Below, piece by piece: positions 1-53,868 of a stretch of 64,000 nucleotides of DNA (the first letter of the stretch is position 1; every line of letters begins with the position of its first letter). The stretch is from Octopus sinensis (taxonomy: Eukaryota). The stretch is taken from assembly GCF_006345805.1 (NCBI RefSeq), contig NC_043014.1, forward strand, positions 34,286,001-34,350,000, read 5' to 3'. The position numbers and the translations under genes were made by a program. The notes under the pieces are model-generated. The model was not told the DNA's origin. It worked only from the letters and a program-made list of their open reading frames with translations, and ran no database searches.

Positions 1-430
1 GAGTGTGATTGTTGACAGAGTGGCTATTCGAGTATGATCGTTACCAGCGTCACCTTACTGGCACTTATGCCTGTGCTAGTAGGGTGTCAAGAACACCATC
101 CAAGCGTGATCGTTGCCAGAGCAGCCAACTGGCTTCTGTACCCATGGCACGTAAAAGGGCGCCAGTCGAGTGTGATCATTGCCAACGTCGCTTCACTGGC
201 ACCTGTGTTGGTGGCATGTGTAAAAAGATTCGAGCGAGGTCATTGCCAGTACCGCCTGACTGGCCCCCGTGCAGGTGGCACATAAAAAGCATCCACTACA
301 CTCTCGGAGTGGTTGGCGTTAAGAAGGGCATCCAGCTGTAGAAACTCTGCTAGATCAACACTGGAGCCTGGTGCAGCCATCTGGTTGCTAGCATGGAAAG
401 CAGACGTTAAATAAATGATGATGGTGATGG
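1..430 (+). mobile_element. R2-family RTE 3'UTR copy with GC-rich internal repeats
   Basis: CACTACACTCTCGGAGTGGTTGGCGTTAAGAAGGGCATCCAGCTG...GCATGGAAAGCAGACGTTAAA...GATGATG. Confidence 0.75.
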
Positions 431-2944
431 AGAGATAATTATTTGCGTAGCTAAGACTAGTAAATGCTACCATTGCTAAGAAGTGGAGAAATATGCTATG
501 TTTATGAGCTGCAAATTTGAATATGGTATAACTCAAATATAAATGGATTAGAAAAAACAATCATCAACAATATTGCAGTTATTGATTTTATAGATGTTAC
601 TTTAACTTATTCTACACATTATCTATGCCACAAACCAAATGAAACTTATAATTATATTCACAGGCTATCAAACTAACAAAAAAGTATTATTTATTGAATT
701 TAAAAAAAATTTCTCTGAACTACTAAAAAAGTTATAGTGATGCTTTGGTTAAGATTAGATCAAGGAAAAAAACTACTTACATGTGAAAAATAATCAAATA
801 GACTTATAAAAAACAATGAGAAAACAACACCACTTGGTATAAACTCCTGAAAGTGACATCACCATGTTAGTAGTAAATAATTTCTTTAACCCTTCAGCAT
901 TCGGATTACTTAATCAAATGTAATATTTATTAACATTGTTTTGAATTAATTGAGCATTATCTTGGAGCTTAAAGACTTCAATGATGTGATTGTTTATTTT
1001 TAGCATGACATTGTAGGGTTGTTGTGAGAGTCTATATTTGGCATAAAACAGGTAGAATATTTGGACTTGGCATGACCAGTTTAAAAGCTAAAGCGTTAAA
1101 TAAGTCTGAAAATATTATTTATCCACTGCATACATAACCACCAAATATTCATTAAATATTCTATCAACATACTACACTTCATTTTACAATACCCAACTTT
1201 GCTCTTAATTCTATTTGAATCAATAAACCATTTATCTAATCAATAGTAACTGTAATACCTCTTGTTAGGGTCTTAATTCCCTTGCTAAGGGCTTTACTAA
1301 TGCACAATAAAAATTAACTATACATCTTACATAGGGCTCACATTAAATCCATTCAAATTCTACTGTAATGGACAAAATTAGAAAGTCATTTCACTATTCT
1401 TATTCATTTGGGAGCTGGAAAACGAAAACCAGCATCAAAATATATGGAATATAAATCTTAAGTATTAAGTTATATAATAGCAGAAGAAAATCATGTATCT
1501 TATGCATTGCTTAATTTTTGATATCCTTGAAATTTTTAAATTCAAATGCCCAGTCCTGTAATAACCAAACAAAATATCTTTTAAAATGGGTTTGGTATTT
1601 CCAAATGCTGATGGTACTTGTGTTCAGATTAGCTTGAAAATTGGCATTATTGCAGAAATGTTTGTGTTTTTTTTCTTTTAATTATTAAATTGGCATTTGT
1701 GGTAAAAATAATATTGTGCATGTAAGATTGTTAATTTACTGCATAATAATAGCTAAAAAATATGCCAAAAGAAGAGATGTTTGGTTGTAATAAATTACAT
1801 GTAACTAGTAATTGACATGGACATATAAGTTTTTCTTTGGCCTTTTTGCACCTTTTCCATTATGAATTCTACAGGTAAGATGAGTTGCTCGCTTCAGAAA
1901 CAATTTAGCCAGGTATATATGAAAGTTTGATAGGGGTGGGGGCTATGAAAATTAATTGCAAAACCTCAAAATTCATCAGCACATGCAGTTCTAATTGAGA
2001 AAGTATGACATGATCAAAGGCATTCTGGTGATGACAACCTCATCTTTGTTTTTATTTAATAGACTTAATGTCACTAGGACTAAATTATCCACAGTGTTCC
2101 CCTCTCTTTTTAAAATGGTTGAGTGTGATTTGAAAACAACTTGGCTGCTATTTCCAGCAAGCTCAGCAACCATATAGAGGATGTCTCCTTATAGGTTAGA
2201 TCTCTTTATAGAGTGAAAGTTGAATTTAACAGAACAGGAAACTCTGGGATGAAGGACTACATAAATGTACTGTTGATAAGAAACCAAGAAAGAGTGGCTA
2301 TACAAGTTGTTGTTGTATCATTACTTTCTGGTACACAAGTCACTTACAGTCTCATTAGAAAAGCAGAGAACAGAGACTGCACAATGAATGAACAAATGTT
2401 GAAAATTTTTCAGTTCTAGGGTTTTTATTAATCAGGCAGACAGTTTTGAATTTGGTTTCAGGTACCAGTGATTTATCTCGCTTGAAATATGAGAGGGGGC
2501 ATAATTCCAGATTGGTGTGTATCTAGACTTTTTCTATTTTTCTTACAAAATCAAGTTATTCAGGCTTAAGATAATTTACTGGGAATAATGATGACTCATT
2601 GCACATATAAAGTTGGTACACCTAGAAATAGCTCTGTAGTGTATGGCTTTTACATTCAGCTCAAGTTTGCATTTGCATAATTTTGTATGAGCTGTTTGAC
2701 CATTTTCATCCATTATGGAACCTATCAGCAAAATTATGTTTGGTATTTTTTGAGGGCGCATGACTTAGTGGTTAGGATGTTGCACTCACGATTGTGAAAT
2801 TGTGGTTTCAATTCCTGGACCAAGTGGTGCATTATGTCCTTGAGCAAAACACTTAATTTCATATTACTCTGTGATCACTTTGACACTCGATGTGTGGTAC
2901 ACTATGCATCAGTTCAGGCAATGTTGATTTGATGGAGGGAGTGA

Positions 2945-3285
2945 AACTTACGCTCACCTCCTTATGAGAGCTCAAAATCTCTCGTGGAGGCGTCATCCAA
3001 CCAAAGTTCAAATATATGGGAAACTACCACCTGTATCATCTCTTGTGAAAGGTAAGAGAGTCCAGTTTGCTGGACATTGTTGTAGAGCTGAAAACGAGGC
3101 AATTTCTCCTCTGGAAGCCATCTACTCGCGATGCCAGAGGGCACACACTCTCCTACCCTGATGTAATCTCCAGGGATACAGGCATCCAGCAACAGGACCT
3201 CCGTAATGCTATGATGGACCGTGAAGTCTGGTGTAGCATAGTAAATTCCATTGTCTCGACCACGGTCGAACAATGATGATGATGA
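2945..3285 (+). mobile_element. 5'-truncated RTE-clade LINE 3' end (family R1), inserted into a SINE
   Basis: LLMRAQNLSWRRHPT...RVQFAGHC...DREVW C-terminal RT region, (TGA)n tail; closely matches 45720-46329. Confidence 0.85.
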
Positions 3286-3574
3286 GCTAATATACAACAC
3301 AAACATTTGATCACTATAAGCAGATCATTTGTGTAGGTTGATCAGCAATAAGTTGCAGAACCTTCTTTCTTGGACTACAAAAGACAACCATCATGTTTAG
3401 CATTTCAAGTTATTTTCTAACGACAGCCTTCTGACTTTTCAAATTTCCAGAAGATTTTTTTGATGTAATTTTCAAGTAAAGTATTCAAGAGTTGGGATTT
3501 TTTAGAAAACCAAGAAAAGGTTAATGTTTGGTTGGTGTTAACTGAAACTATAAAACTGTATATTTCTGTTTTAG

Positions 3575-45126
<41,552 letters not shown>

Positions 45127-45190
45127 AACTTCTGTATTCATACATCATTATTCATCATTCTTGATGCATTTAAGATGACATTTAAAAAGG

Positions 45191-45196
45191 AATAAA
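45191..45196 (+). terminator. Candidate NSUN2 polyadenylation signal AATAAA
   Basis: AATAAA 65 nt after the stop codon. Confidence 0.5.
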
Positions 45197-45719
45197 AAAA
45201 TTTATTAAAAATCTGTCACATCTCACCTTTCAATTTTCATCATCGTTTTATGTTGTTGCTTAGCTTTAACCCTTTAGCATTCAAACCGGCCATATCCGGC
45301 CAAAATATTTAACCTGTTTCATATTGAAACTGGCCAGATCTTGCCTCTCACCTCAGCCCTACCATGTCATTCTAAAACTAAAAAATCACATCACTGAAAT
45401 CTCTAAACTACAAGATAATGCATGATTAATTCAAAACAATATAAACAAACAAACATCACATTTGACAGAATAATCTGAACATTAAAGGGTTAAAGCAGTT
45501 CTGATCAGGCATAACTATCTTTTATCTTTTGTTTGTTTCAGTCACTGGACTGTGGCCTTGCTGGGGAATGACCTTAAAGGGTTTATCAACCTTAGTATTT
45601 ATTTCTTGAGTCTGGTATTTAATTCCATCGCAGTATTTCTGCTGAATTACTAAGTTACAGGGATATAAGCAAACTAACACTAGTTGTCAAGCCATGGAGG
45701 GAACTACTACTCTAAGTAT

Positions 45720-46329
45720 TGCATCATCCATACTCTCAACAATGCACCCTTAAATATGGTTTCTGATTACAAATATCTTGGGTCATACATATCATCATCT
45801 GGAAAAGATTTTCTAACTAGAAAGGGTATGGCCTGGTCAACCTGTAATGACATGCATAAGATCTGGTCATCAAATCTAAGTACAGACTTCAAACTTGAAA
45901 TCTTCAAAGCCACAGTTGAACCAATTCTACTATATGACTCAGAAACCTGGACGTTATCAAAGAAGCTTGAGAGGCGATTGGATGGAACCTACACTCGCCT
46001 CCTTATGAGGGGTCAAAATCTCTCGTGGAAGCGTCATCCAACCAAAATGCAAATATATGGGAAACTACCACCTGTGTCGTCTCTTGTGAAGGGTAGGAGA
46101 GTCCAGTGTGCTGGACATTGTTGTAGAGCTGAAAACGAGGCAATTTCTACTCTTCTCCTCTGGAAGCCAGCTACTCGCGATACCAGAGGGCGCACACTCT
46201 CCTACCCTGATGTAATCTCCAGGGATATAGGCATCCAGCAACAGGACCTCCATAATGGACTGTGAAGTCTGGCATAGCATGGTAAATTCCATTGTCTCAA
46301 CCATGGTCAAACAGTGATGAATGATGATG
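45720..46329 (+). mobile_element. 5'-truncated RTE-clade LINE (family R1) with 11-bp TSD
   Basis: DYKYLGS...ATVEPILLYDSETWTL...RLDGTYTRLLMR RTE RT C-terminus; (TGA)n tail; TSD ACTCTAAGTAT at 45709-45719 and 46330-46340. Confidence 0.9.
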
Positions 46330-46852
46330 ACTCTAAGTATGTGTCTGTAAGCTGAATAGTATGGGGAGAGAAGAGCACTTACCATAGTGTTCTAGGTGAG
46401 CAGGTTGACTCGAGCTGTGGAGTTCCTTGGTGCTGTTTCTCACCTATTGGGGAATTTCACTATAGTTTTTTTGTTGTTGTTTACACCCCTTTGTGCAAAT
46501 TCCTACTGTGTTTCTTTTTGCATCCCTCATGGTCAATAAAGTATCATCATCATCAAAGTTGTGAGCTGAGCATGCTGGGCAAAATGCTTACTAGTATTTT
46601 GTCTGTCTTTACATTCTGAGTTCAATTTTCCCTGAGGTCAACTTTGCCTTTTATCCTTTCAGGGTCAATAAAATAAGTTCCAGTCAAGAACTGGGGTCAG
46701 TGTAATCGACTGGTCCTCTACCCTAAAATTTCAGGCCTTGTGCCTACAGTAGAAAATATCAGCAGCAGCAGTAGAGTGGTGAGCTAGTAGAAGTGTCAGT
46801 GGATTGGACAAAATACTTAGGCACATTTCTTCCAGCTTTATGTTCAAATTCT

Positions 46853-47268
46853 TATTTCATATTTCTTTACTGCCCACAAGGGGCTATATATAGAGGGGAC
46901 AAACAAGGACAGACAAACAGATTAAGTCAATTATATCAACCCCAGTGCATAACTGGTACTTATTTAATCGACCCCGAAAGGATGAAAGGCAAAGTCAGCC
47001 TCGGCGGAATTTGAACTCAGAACATAGCGGCAGACGAAATACCTATTTCTTTACTACCCACAAGGGGCTAAACACAGAGAGGACAAACAAGGACAGACAA
47101 ACGGATTAAGTCGATTACATCAACTCCAGTGTGTCACTGGTACTTAATTTATCGACCCCGAAAGGATGAAAGACTACCTCGGCGGAATTTGAACTCAGAA
47201 CGCAGTGGCGGACAAAATACCGCTAAGCATTTTGCCCGGCGTGCTAACATTTTTGCCAGCTTGCCGCC
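46853..47268 (-). mobile_element. Head-to-tail S3 dimer inserted into an older S3
   Basis: Two S3 units flanked by the 15-bp direct repeat TTATGTTCAAATTCT (46838-46852, 47269-47283). Confidence 0.8.
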
Positions 47269-50200
47269 TTATGTTCAAATTCTACCAACCTTTTAAGGTT
47301 GCTAAAAACAAGTACCAGTCAAATGCTATGGTCAATGTTATTGACTTGTCCTCTCTCTCAAAATGTTCAGCTTTCTGCTTATAGTAGAAAGGATTATTAT
47401 TATTAGGGCAGTTGTTTGGCCGAATTGTTAAAGTTGGACAAAATGCCTTGCTGTTATTCTTTTACATGTTTCAGTCATTTGACTGTGGCCCTGCTGGAGA
47501 ACTGCCTTTAGTCAAAGAAATTTACCCCAGGACTTATTCTTTGTAAGCCTAGTACTTTTTCTATCAGTGTCTTTTGCTGAACTGCTAAGTTTTGAGGACA
47601 TAAACACACCAACATTGGTTGTCAAGCGATGGTCGGGGAACAAATACAAACACAAAGACACACACACATAAATATATATACATATATACAACAGGCTTCT
47701 TTCAGTTTCCATCTACCAAATCCACTCACAAGGCTTTGGTCAACATGAGACTATAGCCGAAGACATTTTCCCAAGGGACCATGCACTAGGACTGAACCCA
47801 GAACCATGTGGCTGGGAAGCAAGCTTCTTACCACAAAGCCAAGTCTGCACCTACATACTGAATTCAAGTTCTGCTGAAGTCAGCTTCAACTTTCATCTAT
47901 TTAGGATCAATAAAGAGCCTGTCAACCCATCCTCCCTTCAAAAATTGTTGGTCTTGTGCCTACATCATAAACCATCGTTAAGACAAACGAGCAGACTTCT
48001 TAGATTTTCAGGGAAAAAAATACCATACGACACAAGTGTGGCTGTGTGATAAGTTTGCTTCACACCACATGGTTCTGGGCTCAACCCCACTGTGATACCT
48101 TGGGTAAGTGTCTTATACTATAGCCTCAGGCTGATCAAAACGTTGTGAGTGGATTTGGTAAACAGAAACTCTGTGTCTGTGTTTGTCCCCCACTACTGCT
48201 TGACAACCAGTGTTGGTGTGTTTACATTCCTGTAACTTAACAGCTCAGCAAAAGAGACTGATAGAATAAGTATCAAGCTTAAAAAAAAAGGTACTGAGAT
48301 CGATTCATTTGATAAAAAATTCTTTATGGCAGTACCCTAACATGGCTGCAGTCTAATGACTGAAACAAGTAAAAGATAAAAGATGGTATTTTTTCTGGCT
48401 TTTTATATTTTTAGATCAAATCCCACTGGAAACTGTCACTACACATGTGATTCCGCTAATGGCTATAAATATTTTAAGAGAGATAGTTATTTCATCATAG
48501 GGTAAAAGTTAAAGGCCCCCTTCAGTTGTGAATGGCCATGGGATTGTACCTAGAAAGTTCCCCTCTGAGGTCACAAGTCCAGGCAAGGTTGTTCATGGAA
48601 GACCAACAGTTACTCATGCATGCCAGCCTCCGCTCTCCACACCACCAATGTTATTCAAGGGAATGGCAAAGGCTGATAAAGCTTGGCACCTATTACGTCG
48701 CAACTCATTTCTACAGCTGAGTGAACTGGAGTAACATGAAATAAAGTGTCTTGCTCACGAACACAACACATAGCCCAGTCCAGGAATTGAATTCACTACC
48801 TCGTGATTGGGAGTCCAACGTTTTAACCACTGAGCCATGCACCTTCACAAGGAGAATGAGGCAGGATTAGAAATTTCAAATTAAATTTAAAGAAATATAA
48901 AGAAAAAGATACATAGAATTCACGTATTTGACTTTTTATATCTTTATTTACTTGATATGAAGCTCTGAAAGTTTCCACTCAGTGGTAATCATGTATAATG
49001 TTTTTAGAAATCATTAGGATTACATAACTTGTGACTTATTACTGTATTTTCTGGCAAGCAAATCAATGCAATATATTTAATGGAAATGTAGTGTAACCAT
49101 TCAAATACTATCACTAGGTGTAGGAGTGGCTGTGTGGTAAGTAACTTGCTTACTAACCACAATGGTTCCGGGTTCAGTCCCACTGTGTGGCACCTTGGGC
49201 AAGTATCTTCTACTATAGCCTCGGGCTGACCAAAGCCTTGTGAGTGGATTTGGTAGACGGAAACTGAAAGAAGCCTGTCGCATATATGTGTATATATATA
49301 TATGTGTGTGTGTGTGTATGTATATGTTTGTGCGCCTGTGTTTGTCCCCCGCCAACATCGCTTGACAGCTGATGCTGGTGTGTTTACGTCCCCGTAACTT
49401 AGTGGTTCGGTAAAAGAGACCAATAGAATAAGTACTGGGGTCAAGTTGCTTGACTGAAGGCGGTGCTCCAGCATGGCCACAGTCAAATGACTGAAACAAG
49501 TAAAAGCTTTCTACATTCTGCTGCTTTTCACATGAAATTTTGGGTCCTCCAAAATTAACCTTCCCATTTTTGGCTGTAAATTTTGTCTCAAAAATTCAAC
49601 TTGTATGCTAGAAAATACAGTATTTAAATATTTTATGAAGTGAGACATTTCATTAAAGATAGAAATAATTAATCTGGAAGAAATCCATGCCAATGTTGTC
49701 CTTTTTCTTCACAGGACATTAGTAGAATTTGTTTAAAATTTTTGACAAATCTCTTAGTTTTAAACAGTTTGACACGACTCTTAGTTTTAAACAGTTTCAC
49801 TATTTGTAGATTGTTGTAAGCAGACTTCTGTTATTTAAATGTAAAAGTCACAATGACCTGATACATGGGACTTATATAGAGTAAGCTTTCTGCTTCCTGT
49901 AACAAATTACCATTATTTGTTAACACGGTCAGTGGGTGTTGAAGAACAATATTTTTCTGAAACATTAAAATTAAACAAAAGACAAACACATGATAAATTA
50001 CTTTACAGGATTGTCTTTTTGTTATTTTTAAAATTTTTTCTCTCTTTTTTTTTGTTACTTTTATTCTTACAATGGCTTCAGCCATTAAACTTTATGAGAT
50101 CACAACAATTCATTTATTACAAAGTAATAAAAAATATAATGGATGAAATGGGTTTCAAAGATAAATATACTTTGGTAGTAAAGGTTATATTTTTTTTGCT

Positions 50201-50540
50201 TGATACTGCACATGATTTGACTCACAGATATTTCACTGACTCATTCAAACATATCAGAAGACAAATGGTCAGTAAGTGATTTATTGCTTTTTAACAGCAA
50301 TCTATAATAAAGGAATTTTATATGGCACATAGAGAAGAGAGAGCTAAAGGATAAATTATCAATCATCTTTCATCTCACACTTATTCTTTTATCGGTTTTA
50401 GTCACTGAACTGAGCCCAAACTGAAGCACCGCCTTCAAGAATTTTACTTGATTGTAATGACTACCATTTATCAGGTAATTATTTGATATATTTTGGAGGA
50501 AGGTGAAAAGCAGTCAACTAGATGTAAAGGGACACAACAG

Positions 50541-51177
50541 GGATCTTTTCGGTTTGAACGGCAGTTTTTAAAAATAATTTCCACGTAACTAAACACTTTT
50601 AAACTTCGTATACTGGTAGAATGTGTTTATAAAACATCTTTTTCTCTTGGCTTTATTGAGAAAATTCTATAGTTTGTAAGATATTTGTTGTATTTTTTCT
50701 TCAATTTCTGCAATTTCAACCAATCAATGACGTCTATTGAGGTGAAAAACATTCTGTGCCATATGAATATGTCCCTTGTTTAACCCTTTAGCATTCAGAT
50801 TATTCTGTCAAATGTAAAGCTTATTTATTCACACCATGTAAAATTAATCCTGCATCATTTCATGGTTTTGAGATTTCAATGATGTGATTGTTTATTTTTA
50901 AAACGACACGATAAAGTAGCTATGAATGACCATATCTGACTAGTCTGAACATAAAATAGGTAGAATATTTTGGCCAGATATGGCCGGTTTAAACACTAAA
51001 GGGTTAAGAAACAGATTGGGTTTATTTACATTTCTGAAGAAAAAAAAGATACCCTTCCCCCCACCCCTAACCCTAAAACAGATTGAAATGCAATAGATCG
51101 ATACTAGGGTCATAATTATGGGTGACAATTTCATCTGACACCGCTAGAAAAAACTGCCGTTCAAACCGAAAAGATCC
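50541..51177. mobile_element. GGATC-ended MITE (family C) containing a nested TTAA MITE
   Basis: ~30-bp TIR GGATCTTTTCGGTTTGAACGGCAGTTTTT; near-TSD CACAACAG / CACAACGG. Confidence 0.85.
50784..51003. mobile_element. piggyBac-type MITE family A (other copies 890-1095, 6221-6438, 25355-25574, 31488-31709, 42412-42632, 45270-45489)
   Basis: TTAA|CCCTTTAG ... CTAAAGGG|TTAA, ~220 bp, shared internal sequence. Confidence 0.85.
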
Positions 51178-51641
51178 CACAACGGAGACAGATAAATTAC
51201 CACAAGGTACTTTTTTGTTCAACACTGTGATTTTGTTTTCCATGTCATTACAACACAGGCACACACATACACATGTGTATGGGTGTGAAAGTGTGAGAGC
51301 CAGTGATTACAGTGTTTGGCTCATTTATCATACAGTCACGAGATCAGTTCTTGCACTGAGTGGCACATTGTGTCTTTGAGCAAGGCACTTTATTTCACAT
51401 TACACCAGTCTACCTAGCTATGATGAGAACCAGCCAGATGTTGGCAGTTCTCTCTCTCTCCCTACACATACCCACACACCAATTGTCACATCATGAATCT
51501 TCCATGTCTCTATGTCTATTAATAACTACACAGGCACCTAAAACAATTAGCAAAAGCATGCTAGAACATTACCAAGACATACTTACTCATAGGTGGTGGC
51601 TTGCTGTTTTTTCTTTTCTTCTGTATATACATATACATCTG

Positions 51642-52032
51642 TGGAGGTGCAATGGCCCAGTGGTTAGGGCAGTGGACTCGCAGTCGTAGGATCGCGGTTT
51701 CGATTCCCAGACCGGGCGTTGTGAGTGTTTATTGAGCGAAAACACCTAAAAAGCTCCACGAGGCTCCGGCAGGGGATGGTGGTGATCCCCGCTGTACTCT
51801 TTCACCACAACTTTCTCTCACTCTTACTTCCTGTTTCTGTTGTACCTGTATTTCAAAGGGCCGGCCTTGTCACTCTCTGTGTCACGCTGAATATCCCCGA
51901 GAACTACGTTAAGGGTACACGTGTCTGTGGAGTGCTCAGCCACTTACACGTTAATATCACGAGCAGGCTGTTCCGTTGATTCGGATCAACCGGAACCCTC
52001 GTCGTCGTAACCGACGGAGTGCTTCCATCCCC
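51642..52032 (+). mobile_element. tRNA-headed SINE family S4 (other copies ~36093-36410-, 58040-58400-)
   Basis: A box TGGCCCAGTGG, B box GTTTCGATTCC; TSD ACATATACATCTG at 51629-51641 and 52033-52045. Confidence 0.88.
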
Positions 52033-52666
52033 ACATATACATCTGATAAGTTTTGGCACAGATTCTGACAACTAAATTTTGCTCACAAGACTAGGGTTGG
52101 AAACACTATCCAAAGGTGTAGAAGAAGGGAGTTAAGCATGAAACCATCAGGTTGCAAAGTAAAAACAAAACATTCTAACCTTATACCAGCTAAATTTTCA
52201 AAAATGCAGTAAAAATATTTATGAGTCTTTTACTGTTTATTTAAGGGTAGGAATACGCTTGATGTAAAAATATTAAATTTTCTAACATATGTCTATAATT
52301 CTGCACCAATACTGTCTTATTATAATTACTTGCATGCAATAATGTTGTTTACATGTAAAGAATCTTTAGAGCCTGTTCATCTTTTTGTTTTTATTTTCTT
52401 TCAATAAGGGCATAGTATTTGAAGCATCATGAACTTATTAATAATTAAGTTAAGAGTCACACTAAATCCACTTCCATCTGGAAAAGAAAATATTCCATTG
52501 ATTATCACTTCCAGTTGGAACTGTTAAAAAAGTAGCATTAAATGAGAAACATTCATTCAGATTAAAAATCCAGCTTGAAGCACATATGTTTACCCTGCTA
52601 CATTTCAAATATGTGTGTGTATGTGCACATGTGTGTGTATGTATGTATGTGAAATTTGAAGACCAA

Positions 52667-53322
52667 TCAGTTTGTAGAGGCTACAACATCAGATAGATTA
52701 AGGCAACAGTCAGGTAGAGTGAGGGATTCTTTCGTATTCTCTGAAATTGGTAAAAATTGGAAAGCAGCAATTTTGTAATGCAACAACTTCCGAATTTGTA
52801 AGCGACATATGTGTAGGAGTCTGTTAGGGTTGCATGTAACATTCTGTAGTGTGAGAATAAATGGTTTGTCAGGAAATGAATCCGATGTGTCACGGAAGGC
52901 ACTATTACAAGAAACCATGTGCTGCCAACAAGTATCAGTCTGAAGATTATAACCAGCACGAACCAGCAATCGAATGCTGTATTTGCGCTCATCTAGTAAA
53001 TTATTACCAGCTTCACATGACATTAAAATAGCAAGAGGTGTCAACCCAGCATGGTTTCTGTTATTAGATATGGCACCATAAAATATTAAGTTCTTCAAAA
53101 TAAGTGGGTGATAGTAATCACAGGCAAGATGTAGAGGGGTCTCCATAAAACTATTTAATATGTTAACATCAGCTCCACATTCAAGTAAAGTTTGAACAAC
53201 TTCTAAGTGACCATATTGTACAGCCCAATGTAGACAAGTGTTCTGTACATCTCTGTAGTCCAGGCTGCCTCCTTCTTCTTCTTCTATTTGATTTCCTGGG
53301 ATTTGACAGTTCACATTGGCTC
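52667..53322 (-). CDS. Ankyrin-repeat and SOCS-box protein (ASB-like), terminal exon
   Basis: Acceptor tttcag, phase 1, 656 nt. Ankyrin repeats TCLHWAVQYGHLEVVQTLLECGADVN, TPLHLACDYYHPLILKNLIFYGA and TPLAIL; SOCS box PNRLLHICRLQIRKLL...FLPISENTKESL. Confidence 0.92.
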
Positions 53323-53868
53323 CTGAAATCATAGAAATTAATTAAAAAATAAGCAAAAATGTTATAAATCTTTAAGTAAACAAGAATGAATAAATTGCAC
53401 TCATATCTGGGACAGGGCTGCTATAACCCACACATATATCCTAAACTGCATTCAAAAGAGGCTAATCTAACTGATTTATAGACTCACCTACCAACACGCT
53501 ACAAACTCTGGCCTGTAGACAGGTTGTTGTTGCTTCTCATTGCTTATTTTACTACTCCTACAGTAGTTTCTGCTCCTTTAAATTAGCTAACAGTATACTC
53601 TTTTCACTCAGGCCCACAAAACCAAACATCTCTTCTTGCTGTCACACCTCCCAAAACCCCACACTAAACACTTTAACCAATTTTTTCCTTCCTCTGAGCT
53701 ATAACTACCTTTAATTTGCCCACCCATCTATGTTTTTTCCAATAGATGTTTAAATGAAACATCAACCATTGCAATTACACCAATCTGGAAGGAGTGCCTG
53801 AACAAGTCAAAAGCCCTGTCTTATCAAACAAAAATGTTAGTCCTAAAGTGTAATGAAGAAGCACTATA

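Noticed and set aside
230-330. HDV-like ribozyme in the conserved GGTTGGCGTTAGGAAGGGCATCCAGC motif of the R2 UTR
   Set aside because: I can only build simple hairpins (CACTC/GAGTG, GGTTGG/CCAGCY), not the nested double pseudoknot.
51642-51720. tRNA gene (also the heads at 9163-9235 and the S1/S5 heads)
   Set aside because: A and B boxes are present but the acceptor stems do not pair, and each head continues into a SINE body with a TSD.
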